Source: Chthoniobacterales bacterium
GTDB taxonomy: Bacteria > Verrucomicrobiota > Verrucomicrobiia > Chthoniobacterales > UBA10450
DNA: 64,000 bases
Reading direction: 5' to 3'
NCBI GenBank assembly: GCA_051001855.1
Contig: JBPCMX010000006.1
Coordinates: 35,039 to 99,038 of the forward strand
Of this stretch, positions 37,669-45,717 are shown in pieces; within the stretch, counting starts at the first letter, position 1, and each line of letters begins with the position of its first letter. The notes beneath the pieces are model-generated. The model was not told the origin of the DNA and did no database searches. It saw only the letters and a program-made list of their open reading frames with translations. The translations under genes were made by a program, and so were the position numbers.

Positions 37669-38150
37669 TTATGAAGCTGACCCCCAGGCTTTCTGCAGAA
37701 TCGCGCGCGGCCCGTCGTAGACCACATTGGTCGTCTGCCCGTTGGAGGCGCGCCGCACGGTCCGGCCGAGCGCGTCGTAGCCCAGGGTGTAAACCCCATC
37801 GGTCGAAGAGGAGACCGCCGCCAGCGGTCCATCGCCCAGGTACGCATAAGCGACGTTTCCGTAGGGCGGCGTGGTATTCAGCGCGGTCAGCTCGTGCTGG
37901 CTGCCGTGGCTCACCGTCGCTCCGCCCACGGTCCTGTAACCCGTTCAAGCTGTTCGGCGTGCCGAAGGAGGTCGGGATGCCGTTGTCCGTGACCCCGTTC
38001 GCGCCGATACGGTTCCCGGCATCGTCCAGTGCATACGTCACCGTACGAAGCGGGCTGATCCACGCAGTTCCACTCCATTGCTCGCCGTAGTTCACCCCGC
38101 TCAGCTCCCCGGCCGGGTTGTAGGTGAAGGCATCGCGCCGCCCGTTGTCT
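37669..38150 (-). pseudogene. orphan rhs core fragment, frameshifted and 3'-truncated
   Basis: Two minus-strand frames together parallel residues ~1250-1392 of the main Rhs. EDNGRRDAFTYNPAGELSGVNYGEQW...YALDDAGNR matches EEDQLSDIFDYNPAGELREVKYGAEW...YHLDDAGNR. After a frameshift near 37930, GSQHELT...GYDALGRTVRRASNGQTTNVVYDGPRAIL matches GSQHELT...GYDALGRLVRRTTNGQPTFYAFDGPHAIM. Homology ends near 37693, before any DPxGL motif or toxin domain. Confidence 0.85.
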
Positions 38151-38537
38151 TCACAACGGCGGGTACCGTAGCTTTGGTCGATCAGTGAACTGTGCGCCGC
38201 ATTCAGGGCAAGCATGCCACTTTGGCTCCGAATTGTATCGTGACCCGCTAAAGGCATATCCACAAACCGGACAACGAAAGAAATAGCCCGTCGAAAGATG
38301 CAGCGGAACCAATAGCGCGACCACGAAAAAGCCCTCACCAAAACGAGCGAACACGTTGGGGCTACGAAACACGACCCAAAAGCCCACCACGGTCAAAACG
38401 GGAACTGCGATCCGAACGATGTTGTACCACTTCAGCCTTCGGAAATATTTTACCGTAGCTTCCGGTGAAGCACGCGTTGGCGTCCGGAATTCTTTATCTG
38501 CATGTCGCGTTTCCAAACCGACGTGAACCGTTGGCAC
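38151..38537 (-). CDS. small membrane protein with C-terminal zinc-ribbon (candidate immunity/accessory protein)
   Basis: The GTG at 38537 lies 2 nt after the upstream stop. Two hydrophobic helices (IVRIAVPVLTVVGFWVVF, FFVVALLVPLHL), then CPVCG...x...CPECG. Its stop abuts the orphan rhs fragment. The track start at 38600 would overlap the upstream ORF. Confidence 0.5.
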   Translation of the reverse strand: MPTVHVGLETRHADKEFRTPTRASPEATVKYFRRLKWYNIVRIAVPVLTVVGFWVVFRSPNVFARFGEGFFVVALLVPLHLSTGYFFRCPVCGYAFSGSRYNSEPKWHACPECGAQFTDRPKLRYPPL

Positions 38538-38539
38538 CG

Positions 38540-38698
38540 TCAGGCGCCTAAGAACAACATTAATAACGACCCAAGGCTTGCAATCGCAAATAAAATCCAC
38601 GCGCGAGGACGGTGATCGTGGCGATATCGCGAAACCGCCCAGAAGCCGAAGAGAACCGCGGCGATAAGTTTTATGTATAGCGAGTATGTTCCTTGCAT
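38540..38698 (-). CDS. 52-aa two-helix membrane protein (candidate immunity protein)
   Basis: The ATG at 38698 lies 1 nt after the upstream TAA. MQGTYSLYIKLIAAVLFGFWAVSRYRHDHRPRAWILFAIASLGSLLMLFLGA has the layout TM - basic loop - TM. It sits in the lower-GC patch. Confidence 0.5.
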   Translation of the reverse strand: MQGTYSLYIKLIAAVLFGFWAVSRYRHDHRPRAWILFAIASLGSLLMLFLGA

Positions 38699-38699
38699 C

Positions 38700-38885
38700 T
38701 TAGTGTGTCCAACGAATCCAACCAAGCCCAGTCGCGACGGCGCTCAGCGCGAAAAGAATCGCGATATAATATAATACAAATAAACGCCGCCCTCTGTCCC
38801 CCGAGAGGTGCCGAACAATAGCCACAGAAAGCGCGAGTAAGCCGACAGCCGAAAGAGAGATTGCAGTGAGGGTGGAAGATGTCAT
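38700..38885 (-). CDS. 61-aa two-helix membrane protein (candidate cognate immunity protein)
   Basis: The ATG at 38885 is 34 nt downstream of the rhs stop. MTSSTLTAISLSAVGLLALSVAIVRHLSGDRGRRLFVLYYIAILFALSAVATGLGWIRWTH has the layout TM - basic loop - TM. The longer track ORF (to 39047) overlaps the rhs 3' end and is not credible. Confidence 0.55.
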   Translation of the reverse strand: MTSSTLTAISLSAVGLLALSVAIVRHLSGDRGRRLFVLYYIAILFALSAVATGLGWIRWTH

Positions 38886-38919
38886 TCGCTTCGTTACGTT
38901 CAGGGCCTTATAAATAATG

Positions 38920-41900
38920 TTATTCCTTATCGAATGGTACAGGGTGTGATCCTTCGCCTGGTTGCCCGCCGCCGCCGGGAACCCCCACGAGAGTTTGGAA
39001 AAGCGTTGATAGGACGACGGAAGCCGGCGCGCCTCCAGAGCTTCCATAATTTAAGCCGCTGCCGTGTCCGGGGCTGTTAAATGTATTATCGACGTGAAGC
39101 CCGCCAAAACTTGGGGGCGCGACCGGCTTGCCCATGACGTTCACCTGCATGCCGCCATCGTACGGTCTACCATACGCGTCATAGACTGTTATTCGGTCGC
39201 TTCCGGGCCCGTTATCAAGTTTCGCCTCGCCAATGTCCCAAATGCCGCTTCCGATGTTGATTGCATTGCGCCAATATGGCTCCCCGTTCCAGACGCCGCT
39301 GGCTCCCCCGTAGACTGAGTACCCACCTAGCGCTGCGCTAACGATTCGCCCACCGCTCGATGGAAGCATAGCTCCAAAGGCGTGGTATGGATCAGCAATC
39401 ATCTGGTCGGCGAGGTGATCCGTTCTTGCGAAGGACTCCACGACCTGTGCAACGCCAATCGAGAACTGGCCCACTGCGAGCGGAAGTCCCAAGGTGATCA
39501 TTCCAAATGTTGGCGCTTCGCCGAAGGCAATTGCGCCAATTTCGATGGAGCCAAGAGCCACATTAGCAGCTCCGCGCGCGAATTCCCCGAATTCAAAGAG
39601 TCCACTGGGATCAACGAAATTGACCGGATCACCGGCGCAATACCTGAAGAGATTCGCATCCCCCGCCGCGAAGCCCATTGGATCCTCGCTCATGAACCTG
39701 CCCAGACGAGGATTGTAAGCCCGTGCCCGGAACTCATAGAAGCCGTAGTTCTGCACCCACTCCCGGCCGGTAAAGAGGAATCGATTGTTGATGCGCGAAC
39801 GTTGCAGTTCCACACCACGCGGCCCGATGAACGTCGGTTTGCCGTAGGCGTCATAGCGATATTGCTCGAGTAGCACACCGTAGGGGCCGGTCACCGCGCT
39901 CACATTGCCCAGCCGATCCTGGTGGAAGAATTGCTCCTGCCCGTAGTTATTGCGCGCGATCAACTCATCCATGCCCTTTCCGTAGAGGCTATTCGCGATC
40001 ACGGTGCCGCCCGGGTTGTACTCCATAATGGCGTGCGGCCCGTCAAAGGCATAAAAGGTCGGTTGCCCGTTCGTGGTCCGCCGCACCAGCCGCCCTAGCG
40101 CGTCGTAGCCGGCCTGGTAGGTGCCGGCCGCAGAAGTCGCCGAGCTTAGATGCGTGTCGCCGATATATTGATATTGCACCCCTGCATGATCCGTTAGCTC
40201 GTGCTGGCTCCCGTTCGCCACCGGGTTGCTGTTGGCCACGGTGTATTGGTTCAGCAGGTCTGGGGTGTAGGCCAGCTGGTTGCCGTTCTCGTCCACCCCG
40301 GCGAGCCCTTCCCGGTTGCCCGCGTCGTCCAGGTGATAGTTCACTTTCCGGTGTTCGTTTACATACCCCGTTCCATCCCACTCCGCGCCATACTTCACTT
40401 CCCGCAGTTCCCCGGCCGGGTTGTAATCGAAGATATCCGAGAGCTGATCCTCCTCCCGGTAGAGCGTTTGGAGCCGTCCCTGCGGGTCGAGTCCGTAGTG
40501 CTCGTGCGAGAGATCGTAGAACATGCCGGGCTGCGCCGGGTCCGGGATCGCGATGGCCCGCTCCGTCATCCGATTGATCTCATCGGGCGTGTAGCGCTGC
40601 TCGGTTACATTGAGCAGGCTGCGGCGCAGCGTCACATTCGAGGACTGGTCATACTCATACTGATAATACGGTGATGGATTGGGATCGGGCCGGTAGAAGA
40701 TATTCTGCAGCCGCCCCATCCCATCGTAGCCGTAGCCGAAATCGTAATCCGTCCCCGGCACCGACAAGCGCGTCCGTTTCCCCTCCGCATCGTGCTCGTA
40801 GGACACCTCCACCACCGGGCCAGCCGGAGGAGCGGCCGGCAGCCCGCTCCCCGCCTCCGCGCGTACCAAGTCCACGTCGGTGCTATCGATGGCCCCATCC
40901 ATGTTCACATCGGAGCGGAAATTCGCCGCGCTCAATGGTTGCCCCTGCCGACCGGCGGTTTGCAGCCGGTCGCCGGTATTCACGGTCCCATCGCCATTCG
41001 TATCCCCGAAAAGGAGGCGGAATGAGACGACCACATCCCCGGTATTCGAGCCATCGCTCACATCGTTCAACCGGACGGAGAGGAACTGCGCATCGTTCAC
41101 ATCGCTCAGGTCGATCGTCACATCATTCCCGCTCACACTCGTGTCCGCAACCGTCGCGGTCCCGTTGACGATCTTCGCACCAGAGAGGGTCACTGGCACC
41201 GGAAATGTCATGACCAACTGATGACTGCCGGATGTGCCCCCACTGCGGCATTCGACCGCGGTAGTCCCGCTGAGGGGTAGATTCAAATCGAAGAACCCCG
41301 CGCTCCCATGGCTCTTGCGCGAGACGGCCCGCACCGGTTCGACCGGAGGATTCGGCGGCGCGGGCACCGTGACGAACGCCTGCCGGTCGAACGTCATGCG
41401 GCCGCCCACATCGTAGGCGCGCGTAATCGTGCTGTTCGGGTTCATCGCGGAGGTGAGCCGGCCCACCTCGTCGTAACCAAAATCGCTCGAGTCGATCGCG
41501 TTGCTCCAGCGCATCTGCGCGAGGCGGTTGCGCTCGTCGTAATGAAAGAGTTGCCGCGGCCCTCCGATCGTCGGGCGCTCCGTCAGGTTGCCCACGCTGT
41601 CGTATTTCCACTCGCCTGTCGTGGCAGCGTCCGGGTAGGTCATCGTCTTCTTCAAATCCCGCTCGTTATAATCGAACTGGGTAAGATGCATCTTCGGATC
41701 AAGCACGCTCTTGACCATGCCCGAGGCCGAGTAGGTGGTGGTCGTGAGCCGGTTCATTTGGTCCCAGGAGTGCCAGAGGCGATTCATGGCGTCGTACTCG
41801 CGAGTGATTTCTCTGGGCTGCCCCGTGGTAGAGTCCGGCAGAATGATTTTGCGCACATTACTGGCCGGATCGTAAAACCATTGCGTCACATAGCGAGCGT

Positions 41901-44199
41901 TGGCGGCGGCGCTGATCGGCGGGCTCGTGACCGTGGTCTTCCGGTTTCGCTGGTCATATTCCGTATCTGTCTGATAGCTGCGCGGGTCGACTATCCAATC
42001 CCGATTTCCCGCCAGATCATAGTGGAAAGTTGTGGTCGCAGCGACTCCGCCCGGATTGTCGTGGGTTGTGGTCTCGAGCCGAATGTCGGCATCATACCCG
42101 TTGTGGACCGTAACCGTCGTGGGACCCGTCACGGTCGTCGGAGCGGATGCGGTGCGGGCATAAGCGGAGATACCCTCCGCGGGTGTGTAGTCGTAGTTCG
42201 TCCGCGCCCATGGATGCTCCGCGTCTGGCAGAGGGGTGCGCACTTCCGTGAGACGGCGGTAATCATCGCGATCATACTCGACTGGTTCCTGACGCTCGTT
42301 TTTTACCCGCACCGTGTCGCCGAGTGAGTTATAGAAGAACTTGCGGAAGGTGGTGTCGGGGTTGATCACCTTGCTCACCAGTCCACGTCCCGCGATCCGA
42401 GTGCCATCCGGCGAACGCTCATACTCATACTGTGTGGTATGGCTGCGCGCGTCGGTTACGGTTTGCACGCGGTCCTGCCAGACATCGCCTACCGGGTAGT
42501 AGGTGAAAACGGTCTTCGCCTCTGGGCCGGCCGGGTCGGGCTGGCCCGCGCCGGGGAGTGGATTCCACGCGATTTTCAGCAAACCGCGCTCGTCATGAAG
42601 AAAATGGTCATAAAAGCCGTTCCTGCGCATGTGCACCGCCACCTGACCCAAAGCGGTGTAACCAAAGCTTTCATAGGGAGCGCTCGTCTCGTAATCGCTC
42701 TGCGGGTAGTCCACCTCGAAAATCCGATGGTACTGATCCCGCTGATAGGTGGTCAGTTTGCCGCGTTCATCGCTGACGTTCGCGATGTAAAAGAGGCTCT
42801 CGTAACCGATGTTTCTTGTCCCGCCGGTGCCATTTTCATCGGACGGAGTCGCCGGATACGTGATCGAGGTCACCTTCCCGGTCATGGCGTCCCGGCCGAA
42901 ATTCGTGACGTATCCAGAAGCTGACTGTCCCCGCGGGTCGGTGGCGCTGGTGACGAAGCCGGTCAGATTCCCGGTGCCATGTCCCTGTGACCAGGTGGCA
43001 GTGTTCGGCGAGGGCATAAAGTCGGTCCAAGCCGTCAGCAGCCCTCCCGTGTAGGTGAATGTACGCGTCGCTTCGTCTCCGCGCGTTTCCATGCGCGTGT
43101 TGCCGGTGGTGACGTCCAATTGCGAGACAAGGGTGCCGTCGGGGCGCTTTTCACTGTGCAGCTGCCCGTAGTCACCACCTTGCATGAATTCGTAGCGAAT
43201 CCGGCTCATTGCGCCCGGATACATCGTATCGTCGCAGGTCTCGATCAGCGGAACCGGGTTGCTGCTCGTGTTGCTGGGCTGATAGGTGTAGGTAGCGGTG
43301 AGCGACGGATCGTCAAAGTAGTTGACGCTCGTAAGACCCTGAGAGCCCCCCGCTTGAATCGAATAGCCGTATCTGACGACTCTTTTCGGTGTCACCGTGG
43401 GATCGGGCACCAGTCTCTCTTCGATTGAGTTCAGCAGCTCCTCGCTATACCAAAGAGTCAGATTGCGACCACCTGGTTCAGTGATCTTATCGACGCGGAA
43501 CTCCCCATGCGAATCGATTCCTCCATCAATCATGGTGACCTGGCCGTACGGGTCGATCACGCCGCTCAACGTGTAATCGAAGGTTAACTGGCCCGTAGTA
43601 CCCGGAGAATTGGGGCATCGCTCTGGCGTAATGGAGGCTTCAAACCAGATTTTTCCTCCATCCGCCAGGAGGAGATAACAGCTGTGCGGATTGTCCTGCT
43701 CAATTGGCTGAAAGCGGTCGGAGATACCCGACGCTAAGGGCCGGAAAGGCTCAGTGCTATTTGGATCGCCCCCGAAGGTCACGCGCCGACCGTCGGGGTA
43801 ATGCACACTATACCCGCCCGGCCGGATGGACTCGTCGCACGTGCCAGGAATGACCCTTCGTTCAATGGTCCACTGATAGGAATGCCGCCAGCCGCCCGCC
43901 GCACCAAAAGCCTGACCCGAGCCACCGGCGGGCTCCGAGGCGATATTGCGGGTATTTAGCGTGCGAGTGAAATCGAGTGGATAAGCGCCGACCGCGCCCG
44001 GAACAACAATGTCTGTAATCGAGCGGGTGGCATTTCCCGTGTAAGGGTCGTAGGAGCCTCCAGTAGTGACGTTGCCGTTGAATTGCCCGGAAATCCCCGT
44101 GGGATTCTGGTCACCCAGTTCCGCCTGTACGCGGAGAGTGCCTCCGTAAAGGAGCAGGCTAACGGCAGCTAATTGAGGAAGGAGGAGGCGCAGTTCCAT
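38920..44199 (-). CDS. rhs: Rhs/YD-repeat polymorphic toxin with signal peptide, internal dockerin-like module and unrecognised C-terminal domain
   Basis: 1759 aa. N-terminal MELRLLLPQLAAVSLLLYGGTLRVQA. Dozens of YD-type repeats (YxYDxxGR/N-like: FHYDLAGNR, YEYDQRNRK, YDAMNRL, GYDEVGRL, GYDALGRLV). The Rhs core ends YNPRLGRFMSEDPMGFAAGDANLFRYCAGDPVNFVDPSGL (a PxxxxDPxGL motif), followed by a 225-aa tail. Confidence 0.93.
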   Translation of the reverse strand: MELRLLLPQLAAVSLLLYGGTLRVQAELGDQNPTGISGQFNGNVTTGGSYDPYTGNATRSITDIVVPGAVGAYPLDFTRTLNTRNIASEPAGGSGQAFGAAGGWRHSYQWTIERRVIPGTCDESIRPGGYSVHYPDGRRVTFGGDPNSTEPFRPLASGISDRFQPIEQDNPHSCYLLLADGGKIWFEASITPERCPNSPGTTGQLTFDYTLSGVIDPYGQVTMIDGGIDSHGEFRVDKITEPGGRNLTLWYSEELLNSIEERLVPDPTVTPKRVVRYGYSIQAGGSQGLTSVNYFDDPSLTATYTYQPSNTSSNPVPLIETCDDTMYPGAMSRIRYEFMQGGDYGQLHSEKRPDGTLVSQLDVTTGNTRMETRGDEATRTFTYTGGLLTAWTDFMPSPNTATWSQGHGTGNLTGFVTSATDPRGQSASGYVTNFGRDAMTGKVTSITYPATPSDENGTGGTRNIGYESLFYIANVSDERGKLTTYQRDQYHRIFEVDYPQSDYETSAPYESFGYTALGQVAVHMRRNGFYDHFLHDERGLLKIAWNPLPGAGQPDPAGPEAKTVFTYYPVGDVWQDRVQTVTDARSHTTQYEYERSPDGTRIAGRGLVSKVINPDTTFRKFFYNSLGDTVRVKNERQEPVEYDRDDYRRLTEVRTPLPDAEHPWARTNYDYTPAEGISAYARTASAPTTVTGPTTVTVHNGYDADIRLETTTHDNPGGVAATTTFHYDLAGNRDWIVDPRSYQTDTEYDQRNRKTTVTSPPISAAANARYVTQWFYDPASNVRKIILPDSTTGQPREITREYDAMNRLWHSWDQMNRLTTTTYSASGMVKSVLDPKMHLTQFDYNERDLKKTMTYPDAATTGEWKYDSVGNLTERPTIGGPRQLFHYDERNRLAQMRWSNAIDSSDFGYDEVGRLTSAMNPNSTITRAYDVGGRMTFDRQAFVTVPAPPNPPVEPVRAVSRKSHGSAGFFDLNLPLSGTTAVECRSGGTSGSHQLVMTFPVPVTLSGAKIVNGTATVADTSVSGNDVTIDLSDVNDAQFLSVRLNDVSDGSNTGDVVVSFRLLFGDTNGDGTVNTGDRLQTAGRQGQPLSAANFRSDVNMDGAIDSTDVDLVRAEAGSGLPAAPPAGPVVEVSYEHDAEGKRTRLSVPGTDYDFGYGYDGMGRLQNIFYRPDPNPSPYYQYEYDQSSNVTLRRSLLNVTEQRYTPDEINRMTERAIAIPDPAQPGMFYDLSHEHYGLDPQGRLQTLYREEDQLSDIFDYNPAGELREVKYGAEWDGTGYVNEHRKVNYHLDDAGNREGLAGVDENGNQLAYTPDLLNQYTVANSNPVANGSQHELTDHAGVQYQYIGDTHLSSATSAAGTYQAGYDALGRLVRRTTNGQPTFYAFDGPHAIMEYNPGGTVIANSLYGKGMDELIARNNYGQEQFFHQDRLGNVSAVTGPYGVLLEQYRYDAYGKPTFIGPRGVELQRSRINNRFLFTGREWVQNYGFYEFRARAYNPRLGRFMSEDPMGFAAGDANLFRYCAGDPVNFVDPSGLFEFGEFARGAANVALGSIEIGAIAFGEAPTFGMITLGLPLAVGQFSIGVAQVVESFARTDHLADQMIADPYHAFGAMLPSSGGRIVSAALGGYSVYGGASGVWNGEPYWRNAINIGSGIWDIGEAKLDNGPGSDRITVYDAYGRPYDGGMQVNVMGKPVAPPSFGGLHVDNTFNSPGHGSGLNYGSSGGAPASVVLSTLFQTLVGVPGGGGQPGEGSHPVPFDKE

Positions 44200-44240
44200 G
44201 CGCCGGTTGTAGCGGGGTGGAGAGACGGAGGGCGAGACGA

Positions 44241-44278
44241 ACAGTTGGCGAGCAGTTATAAACAGTTTCGGTACAGTT
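44241..44278. promoter_or_regulatory. four helically phased (A/G)CAGTT direct repeats in the rhs / regulator divergent intergenic region
   Basis: ACAGTT at 44241, GCAGTT at 44252, ACAGTT at 44262 and ACAGTT at 44273 (spacing 11, 10, 11 nt). They lie between the rhs ATG (44199, minus) and the regulator ATG (44319, plus). Confidence 0.45.
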
Positions 44279-44318
44279 CGACACGTCTTTGCCCCACCTC
44301 AGAAACGTTTTAGGTGTG

Positions 44319-45494
44319 ATGGGACGCCCTACTCCATCCAAGCCTGCACGACTTTTCGACAGCCCTGCAACGTCTGCCCCGAAGCGGAAAGGGGAGCGTT
44401 TGCTCGAGAAGGTCCGGAGCCTGGCGGACCGAGAACGCGGAGAAACGTCGCAGGCGTTTTTCTCACTGCGAGCGGCTGCGAAGCGTTTCCGAGTGACACC
44501 TTCCGTGATGGCGGCTGTTTACCGGCAGCTAACCGAAGAGGGCGTCCTCGGCAGCATCCGCGGGTCTCGCACCCTTCTGCTTGGACGTAGCACGGGCCGC
44601 GAGCTGAAGGTGCGCGGGGTCGTCGGAATGCCCGTCTCGATTTTCCGGTTCCAAGCTCTGGCGGATTATCGCGCCGCGGTCATCTGTTTGCGCGACCAGC
44701 TGCGCCGCGGCGGATTTGTGATCCAGACCATCTTCTTTGAGGAGCCCGAAGAAGGAACCGAGACGATCATTGCACGATTGAAAAAGGAGCGCGTCGATAC
44801 CGTGCTTTGGCTCCTGCCCGGCGCCGGAGACCGGGAAACAGGGCCACGCCTGCGCGACCTTGGGATACAGTTTGTGGGGATCAATATCGCGCCGTTGTCC
44901 GGTCTTCCTGCGCGCTATCAGGTGCACCGGCAGCGCGCCATCCGGGCGATCCTGCGACAGTGGCGGGACGAGAGCGGTCTCACCGGCGCCACCGTGATTC
45001 GCACCACGCGGGATACTTCATTGGATACGGAACGCCTGAAAAACCTGCGCGCGCTTGTGCAAGGCGAAGGGCTCGATTGTGAAATCGCGACGGTCCGGGA
45101 CGGGCACATCAGCACGTTGCTCCAGTCGCTCTGTAAGAATTGCGGGAAAGGCATCATCCTCCCGGCGCCCGCGGCCACGATGCTGGGGTCGCGTGCACCG
45201 GACACGATCGCGGCGGTGCTAACAATGTGCCGGGTGGCTTTGATCGATGGACCGATGGAGTCGCTTTTCCCGGTCGTGCTGCCTTCAGCGGCGGTGGATA
45301 TCGTCACGGTAAACTGGCCGGCGGTCGCAGCGGAGATTGTGCAGGACCTCGTGACGGGAGACGCCTTGGACGAGAACCAGGCGAGGATCTTTGAAGCAAA
45401 GGAGAAGCTCCGATTCTCCCTACGGCAAAGCGGTGCGCCGGGAAACCGCCGGGGGCGCGCGTTGCACCCGATGCCAGCCGGTTCGCACGTTTGA
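44319..45494 (+). CDS. transcriptional regulator: GntR-type winged HTH fused to a periplasmic-binding-protein (LacI-type ligand) fold
   Basis: FFSLRAAAKRFRVTPSVMAAVYRQLTEEGVLGSIRGSRTLL resembles the GntR wHTH. The remainder alternates beta-alpha units (VVGMPVS..., VDTVLWLLPG, GIQFVGINI, GIILPAP) as in sugar-binding regulator domains. ATG at 44319 chosen; the track start at 44289 is TTG. Confidence 0.6.
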   Translation: MGRPTPSKPARLFDSPATSAPKRKGERLLEKVRSLADRERGETSQAFFSLRAAAKRFRVTPSVMAAVYRQLTEEGVLGSIRGSRTLLLGRSTGRELKVRGVVGMPVSIFRFQALADYRAAVICLRDQLRRGGFVIQTIFFEEPEEGTETIIARLKKERVDTVLWLLPGAGDRETGPRLRDLGIQFVGINIAPLSGLPARYQVHRQRAIRAILRQWRDESGLTGATVIRTTRDTSLDTERLKNLRALVQGEGLDCEIATVRDGHISTLLQSLCKNCGKGIILPAPAATMLGSRAPDTIAAVLTMCRVALIDGPMESLFPVVLPSAAVDIVTVNWPAVAAEIVQDLVTGDALDENQARIFEAKEKLRFSLRQSGAPGNRRGRALHPMPAGSHV

Positions 45495-45717
45495 GGGGCG
45501 CCGATTCCAATCCCACGCACTACCGCGCAGGCACGGTACCGCGGGCAGCGCTGTAGCGACCCGCTGTGGCGGGACAGTGGGCGCACGCAGATACGGCGAC
45601 ACAGCGACGTGGCTATACAGCAGCCGCCCGGCACCGCGCGAGCCTCCGCCGCTGATATTACACCCCTCCGGGAGGAACGGCGCAGAAGAACCGGAACCAG
45701 TCTTCGCAAGTCGGGCG

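Noticed and set aside
38886-39047. Upstream part of the 115-aa ORF 38700-39047
   Set aside because: It overlaps the last 40 codons of rhs in another frame. Only the portion from the ATG at 38885 (the two-helix protein) is plausible.
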